Origin: an uncultured Candidatus Saccharibacteria bacterium
GTDB lineage: Bacteria; Patescibacteriota; Minisyncoccia; UBA6257; 2-01-FULL-56-20
DNA: 64,000 nt
Assembly: GCA_964484655.1 (NCBI GenBank)
Contig: CAZAFA010000002.1
Coordinates: 123,860 to 187,859 of the forward strand
Direction: 5' to 3'
Shown here: one piece after another, positions 9,382 to 18,398 of the stretch
How positions within the stretch are numbered: the stretch's first letter is position 1
How the letters are laid out: every line of letters begins with the position of its first letter
Made by a program: the position numbers and the translations under genes
Notes under the pieces: model-generated
What the model was told of the DNA's origin: nothing
Databases searched by the model: none
What the model saw: only the letters and a program-made list of their open reading frames with translations

Positions 9382-9783
9382 TCAGCGGCGACCGCCGAGC
9401 ACGATGCGCGTGGTTCCATACCTGCCGATCCGGTGTCCGTAGTACCCGGAGGGATACGCGTACGTAGTGAGGTATCCCGAGAGCGTCGGGATGACTCCGT
9501 AGCGGACGTACGGGGCGTAGTAGGTCGTGTACCCGTAGCCGGGATCGCGCGGATACCAGACCGGGAAGTCCGGCTCGCGCCTGCGGGGACGTTCCCTGCG
9601 CTTCTGGCAGTCGCAGACGGAAGCGCTCGTGAGCTTCCGGACGGTCGCCTGGGCGACGATGAGCGGCGGAACGGTGTCCCGGTCCACGACGAGCGTGATG
9701 CCGTTGGAAAGCCGCTGTCCGGCGGCGCTCAGAGCGCACGCCAGGAGCAGACAGGCCAACGCCAGCAGCGATGGTCTTTTCAT
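9382..9783 (-). CDS. secreted Tyr/Gly-rich small protein
   Basis: Start at MKRPSLLALACLLLACALSAAG (signal peptide). The C-terminus is rich in Y, G and P (GYGYTTYYAPYVRYG). Confidence 0.5.
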   Translation of the reverse strand: MKRPSLLALACLLLACALSAAGQRLSNGITLVVDRDTVPPLIVAQATVRKLTSASVCDCQKRRERPRRREPDFPVWYPRDPGYGYTTYYAPYVRYGVIPTLSGYLTTYAYPSGYYGHRIGRYGTTRIVLGGRR

Positions 9784-9856
9784 ATCGGTTTTTCCTCGGC
9801 CGCCGGTTGCGGCTTCTGCCCGATATATAGCGCTCCCGGACCCTGTGCTCAAGCGG

Positions 9857-9928
9857 TGCCCCCGGATGGACTCGAACCATCGTTACGGGATTCGGAATCC
9901 CGCGTCCTATCCACTGAACGACAGGGGC
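9857..9928 (-). tRNA. tRNA-Arg (anticodon CCG)
   Basis: Cloverleaf folded by hand: acceptor GCCCCTG/CGGGGGC, anticodon loop TTCCGAA, T-arm GATGG-TTCGAGT-CCATC, discriminator A plus CC encoded. Confidence 0.8.
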
Positions 9929-9940
9929 GTCGGCGCAAGC

Positions 9941-11047
9941 CTAGCGCAGGCCCAGGGACGGCACAACGAAGCTCAGCGCATGGAGCACCGCGGCTGCGCC
10001 GAAGACGACGCTCACCAGGTCGGTCGCGACCTGGTGCCACCCGCGCAGCTTCAGCGCACGCTTGCATACCTGGAGGATGCCGACGTACTGCGCCGCGAGG
10101 AACACGCCGCCCGCTATCTCGACGCCGGCGAGGAAGCTGTTGAAGCCGGCGAGGACGAGCAAGTAGGGCAGGAACAGCGCGACCGTGAACGCGAGCGGGC
10201 GGCGCCAGTGGAGGCCGCTCCGGAACGCGTTCTTCAGCGCGAGATTCATCGGCAGGTAGGAGGTCAGGATCGCGAGTATGCCGGCGGCGAGCAGCGCGCC
10301 TACCTGCCAGTGCGGGAGGTAGAGGACGCCGGAGAGCGTATCGGTCGTCACGGGTCGCCCGGCGGAGCCGAACGCGAGCGCGAAGAGGAGGTAGAGGGCG
10401 GCCACCGAGACCGTGCCGAGCGCGAGGGACGGGATGCGATGCCCGCGCTCGCGCCGGACCACGGCGATCGCCGGCTCGACCGCCGTCCATCCCGCGAGCG
10501 CGAAGAGGATGGGACCGAACGGGAGGAGCAGACTACCCCAGGAGAAGAGCGGGAACGAGCCGAGGCGGATCGGCACGGTCAGGACGAGGATCGCGAAGAG
10601 CAGGGTCATCGCCGCGGTCGCGATCAGCTCGATCCTGATGAAGCGCTTCAGCCGGAACGCGAGCGGCAGCGAGCACACGACCCAGAACAGGAGCGTGGCG
10701 GTCGAGCGGGACATACCCGTGAGGCTCGTCAGGAAGGTCGCGCCGAGCACGAGGTACGCGGTCACGGCGAAGACGAGGCCGAATATGGTCGCGAGGTAGG
10801 TCCCCCGCGCCGCCAGCGGGCCGAGATGCCGCCGCGCCAGCCCGAGGAGGTGCGTCCCGTCCGGCTCGTCGCGCAGGACGCGCCAGTAGAGCGTGTGTGC
10901 GTAGATGACCGCCGCTGAGAGGCCGACGAGGTACGCGGCCGTCGGCAGTATCCCCGATACCGCGGCGAGGTACGGCAGCGCGAAGATGCCCGCGCCGAGC
11001 GTCGTCCCCGCGATCGTTCCGGCAGCGAGGTAGGTGGCTCGCGTCAT
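9941..11047 (-). CDS. amino acid permease-like polytopic membrane protein
   Basis: About 11 TM helices. The N-terminal GTIAGTTLGAGIFALPY resembles amino-acid/aromatic permease signatures. Confidence 0.5.
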   Translation of the reverse strand: MTRATYLAAGTIAGTTLGAGIFALPYLAAVSGILPTAAYLVGLSAAVIYAHTLYWRVLRDEPDGTHLLGLARRHLGPLAARGTYLATIFGLVFAVTAYLVLGATFLTSLTGMSRSTATLLFWVVCSLPLAFRLKRFIRIELIATAAMTLLFAILVLTVPIRLGSFPLFSWGSLLLPFGPILFALAGWTAVEPAIAVVRRERGHRIPSLALGTVSVAALYLLFALAFGSAGRPVTTDTLSGVLYLPHWQVGALLAAGILAILTSYLPMNLALKNAFRSGLHWRRPLAFTVALFLPYLLVLAGFNSFLAGVEIAGGVFLAAQYVGILQVCKRALKLRGWHQVATDLVSVVFGAAAVLHALSFVVPSLGLR

Positions 11048-11054
11048 GCGGTAA

Positions 11055-12401
11055 TTATAGCGTCACGGTCTGCGCCATCTCGGCCGCCGTGGCGGTGATG
11101 CCGTACTCCTCCTTGAGGAGCCCTGAGAGATGCGCCGCCTTGTCCGGCTCGGTATGCACGAGGAAGACGTGCTTCACCGTGTCCTTCGTCGCTGCCGCCC
11201 ACTTGAGGAGCTTCGGCAGGTCCGCGTGCGCGGAGTACGAGGTGATCTGGCGGATCTTGCAGCGCACGTCGATCTCCTCGCCGAAGATCGACACCTTCTT
11301 CTCCCCGTCGAGTATCTTCCGGCCGAGGCTCCCTGCCGCCTGGTACCCGATGATCAGCAGCGTGCTTTTCGGGTCGGAGAGATAGCGCTGCTCGTGATGG
11401 TTGATGCGCCCGCCGTGGCTCATGCCGCTGCCGGCGATGACCACCTTCGGCGGGGGCACGTGGTTGATGGCGCGGCTGAGCTCGGAGGTGAGGGTCAGGT
11501 GCAGCCCGGGGAAGTTGAAGATGTCGTCGCCGTCGGCGATGGCCGCGCGGGCCTGGTCGTTGAAGTAGCGGCGGTACTTGTGATAGACGCTCGTGAGCTT
11601 GATCGCGAGCGGGCTGTCCAGGAAGACCGGGACGCGCGGGATCTTCCCCTCGGCGAAGAGCTCGTTCATGAAGTAGAGGATCTCCTGCGTGCGCTCGAGC
11701 GCGAAGGCCGGGATCATGAGCACGCCGCCGTCCCTCACCGTCTCCTCGAGCACCTCGTGGAGCGCCTCCTTGCGGGTCGCGAGCGGCTGGTGCTCCTCGT
11801 TGCCGTACGTCGCTTCCATGACGACGTAGTCGACCGGCGGCGGCAGCTGCGTCGGCATGATGATCGGAGCCGGCCAGTTGCCGATGTCACCGGAGAAGAC
11901 CACCGTCTTCCCTTCCGCGCGGATCACGATGCTCGCGGAGCCGAGGATGTGGCCGGCGTCGATGAAGGTGACGAAGAAGTCGTTGTGCTGGAGCTCCTTC
12001 CCGTATTCCACGGGGTGCCAGAGCTTCATGAGCCGCTCCACCGTGCCCTCATTGCAGAACTCGCGGTGCCCGTGGCGCTCCGCCGCCTGGCACAGCAGCT
12101 TCTCCGAGTCGAGGAGGATGAGCTCGGCGCAGTCGCGCGTGGCCGGCGTCGAGTAGATCTTGCCGCGGAACCCCTCGTTATAGAGCTTCGGCAGGCGGCC
12201 GACGTGATCGAGGTGCGCGTGCGTGATGAACACCGCCTCGATCTCGCGCGGGTCGTACATGAAGTCCTTGAAGTTGTCGTCCTCGGCGATGCTGCTCCCC
12301 TGGAAGAGGCCGCAGTCGACCAGCACCTTGTGCCGCCCGGTCGTGAGCAGGTAGTTGCTCCCGGTCACCTGCCCGGCGGCGCCGCAGAAGGTAAGGTTCA
12401 T
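11055..12401 (-). CDS. MBL-fold beta-CASP RNA-metabolising hydrolase (RNase J/CPSF-like)
   Basis: HAHLDHVG (HxHxDH) and the metallo-beta-lactamase + beta-CASP architecture; 448 aa. Confidence 0.75.
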   Translation of the reverse strand: MNLTFCGAAGQVTGSNYLLTTGRHKVLVDCGLFQGSSIAEDDNFKDFMYDPREIEAVFITHAHLDHVGRLPKLYNEGFRGKIYSTPATRDCAELILLDSEKLLCQAAERHGHREFCNEGTVERLMKLWHPVEYGKELQHNDFFVTFIDAGHILGSASIVIRAEGKTVVFSGDIGNWPAPIIMPTQLPPPVDYVVMEATYGNEEHQPLATRKEALHEVLEETVRDGGVLMIPAFALERTQEILYFMNELFAEGKIPRVPVFLDSPLAIKLTSVYHKYRRYFNDQARAAIADGDDIFNFPGLHLTLTSELSRAINHVPPPKVVIAGSGMSHGGRINHHEQRYLSDPKSTLLIIGYQAAGSLGRKILDGEKKVSIFGEEIDVRCKIRQITSYSAHADLPKLLKWAAATKDTVKHVFLVHTEPDKAAHLSGLLKEEYGITATAAEMAQTVTL

Positions 12402-12509
12402 TCTGCGCTTAGTGTACAGGAAACGAGCGAAGAAAACCGCGGAATAGTGACAAATTCTATTTTTTGTGTTAATATTTCCGCAGATCTAGGACAAAGGAGG
12501 TTTGCAGAC

Positions 12510-12740
12510 ATGCCGATTACGAGGACGGCGCGTGCCGGCGAACGCTGGAAGCGCGCTATGCCGACCGACGAGGAGTTTGAGAAAATTATGAAAAGTGCGA
12601 AGGAAGCGCCCGCGGACATGATCCGCGAAGCGAACGTCGAGGACGACATGCGTCGTCGCGAGCATAATCCGCGATACTGCGGCAACTGTGGTGCGGACAA
12701 GGGGAACAAGCAGTACCCCTGTCCGAACTGCGATAACTAA
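12510..12740 (+). CDS. small zinc-ribbon protein (76 aa)
   Basis: AAAGGAGG RBS, then ATG (MPITRTARAG). C-terminal CGNCG...CPNC. Upstream promoter-like TGACAA-N16-TAATAT. Confidence 0.45.
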   Translation: MPITRTARAGERWKRAMPTDEEFEKIMKSAKEAPADMIREANVEDDMRRREHNPRYCGNCGADKGNKQYPCPNCDN

Positions 12741-12777
12741 TGACAAGAAGGGCCTCCGCGGAGGTCCTTCGGCTTGC

Positions 12778-13353
12778 CTAGCTCCTGCGCAGGTAGCGGA
12801 GCGCCGCCTTGAGCCGCTCCTCCACACCCTGAACCTCGTCGCCGACGAGCTTGAGCGCGTCCGCGACCTCCTCCCGCTTGTACCCGAGGGACTTGAGCGC
12901 CTCGGTGATGTCGCGGTCCGCGGAGATCTGCTCGCCGTGCGCCGATCCCGTGTACGCCTCGGCCTTGCCCTTGAGCTCGAGCACGATGCGCTCGGCGAGC
13001 TTCTTCCCGACGCCGGGGACCTGCATCACCACGTCCGCCTTCCCCTCCTCGATCGCCGCGGCGAGCGCCGGGATCGGGACCGCGTCCACGACGGTCAGGG
13101 CGAGCCGGGGCCCGATGCCCGATACCGAGATCAGGAGCTGGAAGAAGCCCCGGCTCTCCTCGTCCGCGAACCCGTACAGGTCCAGCACGCCCTCCGCGAC
13201 GTGGAGGTAGGTATGGAGCGCCGCGCTGTCCCCCTCCTGGAGCGAGGCGGCGTGCCGCTTCGGCACGGCGACGAGGTACCCGACGCCGCCGGTCATGAGG
13301 ACGACCCGCCCTTCCTCGGCGGCCGCGACGGTACCTTCGAGACGGGCGATCAC
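12778..13353 (-). CDS. ruvA: Holliday junction DNA helicase RuvA
   Basis: MIARLEGTV..GGVGYLV (OB domain), HhH motifs VSGIGPRLA / VPGVGKKLAERI, C-terminal domain III. Confidence 0.9.
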   Translation of the reverse strand: MIARLEGTVAAAEEGRVVLMTGGVGYLVAVPKRHAASLQEGDSAALHTYLHVAEGVLDLYGFADEESRGFFQLLISVSGIGPRLALTVVDAVPIPALAAAIEEGKADVVMQVPGVGKKLAERIVLELKGKAEAYTGSAHGEQISADRDITEALKSLGYKREEVADALKLVGDEVQGVEERLKAALRYLRRS

Positions 13354-13409
13354 GCCCAGAGGGTACCATTCCTTGCTTTTTCTCCCAATCTCCGTACGAT
13401 ACGCGCGTT

Positions 13410-13676
13410 ATGCCGAATACCTCGTCCGCCCGCAAGGCGATGCGCCAGGCCGCGACCCGCAAGTCGCGGAACATCGAGCGCAAGGAGACCTACAAGAAGG
13501 CGGTGAAGGACCTGCGCAAGCAGGTGGCCAAGGACGCGAACGAGGCCGGCGACAAGCTCAAGGACGCCTTCAAGGCGCTCGACAAGGCAGCGAAGACCGG
13601 CGTGATCAAGCCGAACAAGGCAAGCCGTCTTAAGAGCAGGGCAGCGAAAGCGATCGCCAGGGCGACCGCGAAGTAA
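13410..13676 (+). CDS. rpsT: 30S ribosomal protein S20
   Basis: MPNTSSARKAMRQAATRKSRN...; 88 aa. Confidence 0.9.
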   Translation: MPNTSSARKAMRQAATRKSRNIERKETYKKAVKDLRKQVAKDANEAGDKLKDAFKALDKAAKTGVIKPNKASRLKSRAAKAIARATAK

Positions 13677-13713
13677 GGAATGGGAGCCGGATGGCTCCCG
13701 TTCCTTTTTTTTA

Positions 13714-14499
13714 CTAGTACACCGCGAGCGCGACGAGCGCTTCCTCGTGATCCCAGCCGCCCGTCTTGATGGCGAGGTCCCCTGCCGCGGCGGCGGCCGG
13801 GTGCGCGCTGTACGCGGCCATGTTGAACAGCTTGGCGGCAGCCTCTCCCGAGGCCTCGAGGCGCACGAGTAGCGCGAGGCGTGCGGCCGGAGCGCCGATT
13901 CCGAGCTTCCGCAGGTCGGACCAGCTCGGCGCCCCCGCGCCGGCTCCGCGCGCGGTATGCGATATGCGCGATGCACGCATATCGCCAGGCATCGCGGCGA
14001 GCACGTCCAGCTCGGTCGCGACGCCCCAGCTGTCTCCCGGGAAAGCGTACGCCAGCTGCTGCAGCTGCTGACGGTCGAGCGCGAGGCCGCGCGTCTTCGC
14101 CTCGCGCGCAACGAACGTCGCCCACGCGCTGCCGGTCAAGACCGGGAAGGATTCCTGGATGACGTCCGCGGCGAGGAGGCGCGCGTACGCCTTCGTCGGC
14201 TTGTCCGCATCGGCGACGAGGATCAGGTGCAGGTTCTGGCTGTCCGCGGTCCTCGCGACGAGCGGCTCGAGCTGCCTCGCGTCGAGCTTGAGCGTGTCGG
14301 TGAGCACCAGGAGCGTGCGCGGCGAGAACAGCGAGGCGCTGCCCAGTATGTCCGCCGCTTTCCCCGCCGCGTCCTCGTCGAGTTCCGCGTCGAGGCGGCG
14401 GACACCCACGCCCGGATACTTCTTCAGGAACTGGTCGAGGAGAATGCGCAGGCGCTGGCTCCGCCGGTACCCGTCGCTGCCGTGGAGGAATATCGTCAC
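13714..14499 (-). CDS. DNA polymerase III delta subunit-like
   Basis: Size and position (overlaps the ruvB stop) and weak HolA-like N-terminal pattern (LHGSDGY...LLDQF). Low sequence certainty. Confidence 0.5.
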   Translation of the reverse strand: MTIFLHGSDGYRRSQRLRILLDQFLKKYPGVGVRRLDAELDEDAAGKAADILGSASLFSPRTLLVLTDTLKLDARQLEPLVARTADSQNLHLILVADADKPTKAYARLLAADVIQESFPVLTGSAWATFVAREAKTRGLALDRQQLQQLAYAFPGDSWGVATELDVLAAMPGDMRASRISHTARGAGAGAPSWSDLRKLGIGAPAARLALLVRLEASGEAAAKLFNMAAYSAHPAAAAAGDLAIKTGGWDHEEALVALAVY

Positions 14500-15497
14500 A
14501 GGAGCGGTCCCCGTTCCGGGTGCTGCAGGCCGAGATGCTGGTACGCGGCCGGAAGCAGGACGCGGCCGGCGGTCGTGCGCTGGAGGAAGCCCAGGGACAT
14601 GAGGAACGGCTCGTAGATCTCCTCGATGACGCCCCTATCCTCGGAAAGCGCGGCAGAGAGCGTGGCGATGCCGACCGGTCCCCCGTCGTACTTCTCCGCG
14701 ATCGTGCGCAGAAGCATCCGGTCCTGCGGCTCGAGGCCGCGGTGGTCGACGTCGAGGAGCTTGAGCGTCTCCTGCGCCGCCTCGAGATCGATGGCCGGCC
14801 GGCCGAGCACGTCGGCGTAGTCGCGCGCGCGGCGGAGCAGCCGGTTAGCGACGCGCGGCGTCGCGCGCGCGGCTCCCGCGAGGCATGCCGCCGCCTCGGG
14901 CGTGATTGCGGTGCCGAGCAGGCCGGCGTTGCGCTCGATGATCTGCTGGATCTCACCGGCGTCGTAGTAGTCGAGGCGGAGGATGGCGCCGAAGCGGGTG
15001 CGCAGCGGATGCGAGAGCAGGTTTTCGCGCGTGGTCGCGCCCAGGAGCGTGAACGGCGGCAGGTCGATCACGAGGCTGCGCGCGCTCGGCCCCTTGCCGA
15101 CGACAATCGGCAGCTTGCGCGATTCCATGGCGGGATAGAGGACCTCCTCGATCGCGCGGTTCATGCGATGGATCTCGTCGATGAAGAGGACGTCGCCCGG
15201 CTCGAGGTTGGTCAGTAACGCAGCGAGGTCGCCGGCGCGCTCGAGCGCGGGACCGCTCGTCAGGCGCAGCTGCGATCCCGTCGTCTTCGCGGCGAGGAGC
15301 GCGAGCGTCGTCTTGCCGAGGCCCGCGGGCCCGGCGAAGAGGAGATGGTCCATCGGCTCGCCGCGCTTGGCGGCCGCGTCGATCATCATGCGGAGGTTCC
15401 GCTTGGTCGTCGGCTGCCCGACGTACTCCTCCCAGGCGCCCGGCCGGAGGGCCTGGTCGAACTCTTCTGGCTGGGAGGTGCTGGAAACGGGCTCCAT
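14496..15497 (-). CDS. ruvB: Holliday junction branch migration helicase RuvB
   Basis: LLFAGPAGLGKTTLA Walker A, LFIDEIHR Walker B, RuvB C-terminal winged helix. Confidence 0.95.
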   Translation of the reverse strand: MEPVSSTSQPEEFDQALRPGAWEEYVGQPTTKRNLRMMIDAAAKRGEPMDHLLFAGPAGLGKTTLALLAAKTTGSQLRLTSGPALERAGDLAALLTNLEPGDVLFIDEIHRMNRAIEEVLYPAMESRKLPIVVGKGPSARSLVIDLPPFTLLGATTRENLLSHPLRTRFGAILRLDYYDAGEIQQIIERNAGLLGTAITPEAAACLAGAARATPRVANRLLRRARDYADVLGRPAIDLEAAQETLKLLDVDHRGLEPQDRMLLRTIAEKYDGGPVGIATLSAALSEDRGVIEEIYEPFLMSLGFLQRTTAGRVLLPAAYQHLGLQHPERGPLL

Positions 15498-15537
15498 ACG
15501 CGCGAAAAATACCAGTTTCTAGGCAGCTCCCACCATA

Positions 15538-15566
15538 TTGACAATTATCCACCGATGTACTAGGAT
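15538..15566 (+). promoter_or_regulatory. sigma70-like promoter (TTGACA-N17-TAGGAT)
   Basis: Located in an AT-richer intergenic region divergent from ruvB. Confidence 0.4.
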
Positions 15567-15572
15567 ACCGTT

Positions 15573-15850
15573 GTTCCGACCAGAACTACGTTCTTTCTGA
15601 CCTGGGGGCAGGATGTGGCCTTCAGTCCCTAGGATGATCCGGTTTCGGCTAGGTCATTCCTCGAGGCGCATCCATTTCTTCCGACCTGCTCGGAAGTTAC
15701 CACTCTTTCGCGTGTCCCCAGGTCAGAGGGAAAGTCATTGGAACAAGAACGCTCACCGCACGTTGCGTGAGCCCGAAATGAAATAAAGACTGACACCCGA
15801 ACACAATTGTGAAGAGCCCCCGCTGCGAAGCGGGGGCTCTTGTTCCTCTT
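15573..15850 (+). ncRNA. candidate structured ncRNA (about 280 nt, unidentified)
   Basis: Lies between the promoter-like element and a GC hairpin + U-tract (GAGCCCCCGC-TGCGAA-GCGGGGGCTC TTGTTCCTCTTT). Long-range 11-nt complementarity CTGACCTGGGG (about 15598) with CCCCAGGTCAG (about 15716). Several perfect local hairpins (CTTCCGA-CCTGC-TCGGAAG). No convincing start codon or RBS. Confidence 0.35.
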
Positions 15851-16159
15851 TATGCTCCCTTTATCGGTCTCCTGCAATGGTGCGCGGCACAGCTCATCGC
15901 CTACCTCGACCGGAAGTTCGCCTCTCTCGAGGATATCTTCGCGACCAAGGAAGAATTGCATGATCTTGAATCCTGGTTGATGCTCAGGTTTCGAAAGATC
16001 GATGAGAAATTCGACGCACTCACTGGCTATCTCGACAAGCAGACGACGGAGATGAAGACGTTCTATCAGGAGCTCGCGATGACGCAGGGCCGGGTGGACC
16101 GGCGTGAGCGCTGGCACCATGCGGTCGCCGACAAGCTCGGCATGAAGCTCGAAAGCTGA
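15809..16159 (+). CDS. small hypothetical coiled-coil protein (possibly only the distal about 59 codons, from MLRFRK at about 15980)
   Basis: The GTG start in the track lies inside the terminator hairpin. The distal part has protein-like charged/helical composition. Followed by a strong terminator. Confidence 0.3.
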   Translation: MKSPRCEAGALVPLYAPFIGLLQWCAAQLIAYLDRKFASLEDIFATKEELHDLESWLMLRFRKIDEKFDALTGYLDKQTTEMKTFYQELAMTQGRVDRRERWHHAVADKLGMKLES

Positions 16160-16160
16160 A

Positions 16161-16192
16161 GAAGCGGCGCTCGTGGCGCCGCTTCTTTCTCC
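16161..16192. terminator. bidirectional rho-independent terminator
   Basis: GAAGCGGCGC-TCGTG-GCGCCGCTTC followed by TTTCTCC; sits between convergent genes. Confidence 0.65.
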
Positions 16193-16195
16193 GTC

Positions 16196-16621
16196 TTACG
16201 CAATCATGCTCTCAGCGAGCAGGGCGCGGACAACATTCTCGGTAATCGCGGAAAGGGTCAGGTCGGTCCGGTGGGACCGATACCAGTGCATATCCGTTAT
16301 CTCGGCGCCGTAGCGTCCGAAGTTCCCCACCCTATGCGCCTCGTAGGGCAGCAGGTAGGTCCGCGAGGACATCGGACGGCCCGAGTGCGAGCCATTGCCG
16401 AGGAATGTCCGCCAGTACTGGGCTGATTCGGGATTCCAGGAGAAGTCGGGAAGCTCCTCGGATAGCTCGCGCTGCAGGCACGCTAGGTCGTCCTCGACCG
16501 CTTCGATCTTCCCGCCGGGAAGGATGCAGATACCTCCCTTCTCGACCAGGAGAAGGTTCCTGTGCCGGTCCGTGATAACCAGATGCGCGCACGGAACCGG
16601 TTCTGATGCTTGATTTTCCAT
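16196..16621 (-). CDS. NUDIX hydrolase
   Basis: Nudix box GGKIEAVEDDLACLQRELSEEL. Confidence 0.75.
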   Translation of the reverse strand: MENQASEPVPCAHLVITDRHRNLLLVEKGGICILPGGKIEAVEDDLACLQRELSEELPDFSWNPESAQYWRTFLGNGSHSGRPMSSRTYLLPYEAHRVGNFGRYGAEITDMHWYRSHRTDLTLSAITENVVRALLAESMIA

Positions 16622-16695
16622 ATTCGATTTTCCTCACACGTAGAAATTGAGCCTTAGCTGGCCTCATACAAGCGCTCGGGGAGCAGGCGGTCAAG

Positions 16696-18354
16696 CTAGA
16701 CGATCGGACCCGTCACGGAGACCACCTCGTCGATCGTCGTCAGTCCCAGGATCGCCTTGAGGAGCCCGTCGTACTGCATCGGTACCATCCCCTGCCTGCC
16801 GGCGATCTCCGTGATCTGGAGACCGGAGATCTCCTTGCCGATCGCCGCCTGGATCTCTGAAGTCACCTGGAGGAACTCGAAGATCGCCTTGCGACCCTTG
16901 TAGCCGAACCCGTTGCAGACGTCGCAGCCGACCGGCACGTACTCCACGCCTTTCGCGAGCGCTTCCTCGTAGGGCGCGCGATCCACGCGGGGCGGGAGCT
17001 TCTCGAGCACGGCCTTGAGCTTCTCCTGCATCGCGGGGTCGCGCGGCTGCTCCTTCTTGCAGGCGCAGAGGATGCGGACGAGACGCTGCGCGATGACGAC
17101 GTTGACCGCCGGCGCGATCGTCGCCGGACGCACGCCGAGGTCGACCAGGCGCGGGATCGCGCCTGCCGCGTCGTTGGTGTGCAGCGTCGAGAAGACGAGG
17201 TGTCCGGTGAGCGCTGCCTGGAGCGCGGTCTCCGCGGTCTCGCCGTCGCGGATCTCGCCGACGAGGATGACGTCAGGATCCTGGCGCAGGATGCTGCGCA
17301 GGCCGGACGCGAACGTGTAGCCGCCTTCGGGGTCGACCTGCGTCTGGTCGATGCCGGCCAGCTTGTACTCGATCGGATCCTCGATCGTGATGACCTTCAC
17401 CTCGGGCGAGTTGATGTGCTTGAGGAAGCTGTAGAGCGTCGTCGTCTTTCCGGATCCGGTCGGGCCCGTGTTGAGCACGATGCCGTTCGGCCGCCCGAGC
17501 TCCTGCAGGATGAGCTCCTCGTCGTCCTTGCGCAGGCCGAGGTTCGCGACCTCGACGGAGAGGGATTCCGGATCGAGGACGCGCATGACGATGACCTCGC
17601 CGTTGTCGGACGGGATGATCGAGACGCGCACTTCCGCGCTGGTTCCCGTCGCGAGGTTGATCGTGAAGCGCCCGTCCTGCGCTTCGCTGCGCACGTTGAG
17701 CTTGAGGCTACTCAGGAGCTTGATGCGGTTGGTCAGCGTGATGAAGGTATGGCGCGGCAGGGGCGCTACGTCGTGCAGGATGCCGTCGATGCGCAGACGC
17801 AGGAGCGCGCCCTCGTCCTTCGCCTCGAGGTGGATGTCGCTCGCCTTGCTCGCGAGCGCGCCGGAGGCGACCCACTGGAAGAGCTCGGTCGTGGAGAGGG
17901 TGGAGAAATCCGCGGCCTTGAGGCGATCCTGGAGGTCCTGGAACGAGGACGGCTGGTCCGGCCCGCCTACCTTCACGTCGCCTGTGATGTCCTCCACCTG
18001 CTTCGGGACGAACTTGTAGAACGCCTGCGCCTCGGCGATCGCGTCTTCCGAAGCCAGGAACAGCTTGGTGGTGAACCCCTCGCTCTTGAGCTGCGTCACG
18101 CGGGCCTGCACCTCCGCGCTCGTCGGATGCGAGGCGGCGAGCGCCACGACGCGGTCCTTGCGCTCGATCGCCACGAGTCCGAGCTTCTGCGAATCCGCCT
18201 CCGGGATGACGCCGAGCGCCTCGATGGATACCGGCGCCTTGCGGATGTCCACGTAGGGGACGCCGAGGTGCTCGGCGCGCTGCTGCGCGTCCCGCTCCTC
18301 GGAATCCCGCCTGATGGAGGCGAGCTTGCTCTGGATATCGTCCGGATCGGGCAT
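16696..18354 (-). CDS. pilB: GspE/PilB-family secretion/type IV pilus assembly ATPase
   Basis: N-terminal GSPII_E-like domain, Walker A LNTGPTGSGKTTTLYS, His/Asp boxes, C-terminal tetracysteine CxxC..CxxC; 552 aa. Confidence 0.85.
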   Translation of the reverse strand: MPDPDDIQSKLASIRRDSEERDAQQRAEHLGVPYVDIRKAPVSIEALGVIPEADSQKLGLVAIERKDRVVALAASHPTSAEVQARVTQLKSEGFTTKLFLASEDAIAEAQAFYKFVPKQVEDITGDVKVGGPDQPSSFQDLQDRLKAADFSTLSTTELFQWVASGALASKASDIHLEAKDEGALLRLRIDGILHDVAPLPRHTFITLTNRIKLLSSLKLNVRSEAQDGRFTINLATGTSAEVRVSIIPSDNGEVIVMRVLDPESLSVEVANLGLRKDDEELILQELGRPNGIVLNTGPTGSGKTTTLYSFLKHINSPEVKVITIEDPIEYKLAGIDQTQVDPEGGYTFASGLRSILRQDPDVILVGEIRDGETAETALQAALTGHLVFSTLHTNDAAGAIPRLVDLGVRPATIAPAVNVVIAQRLVRILCACKKEQPRDPAMQEKLKAVLEKLPPRVDRAPYEEALAKGVEYVPVGCDVCNGFGYKGRKAIFEFLQVTSEIQAAIGKEISGLQITEIAGRQGMVPMQYDGLLKAILGLTTIDEVVSVTGPIV

Positions 18355-18398
18355 GAAAGGGCGTTGTAGCGCAAACAGTACGTGGATAGTATACGGCC

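Noticed and set aside
15573-15850. RNase P RNA
   Set aside because: Only a GGGAAAGUC octamer resembles the P4 strand. It lacks the CR-II/CR-V conserved blocks and is too short.
15629-16120. 163-aa minus-strand ORF in the low-GC island
   Set aside because: The composition is random-looking. It overlaps the plus-strand promoter, hairpins and terminators, and has no RBS.
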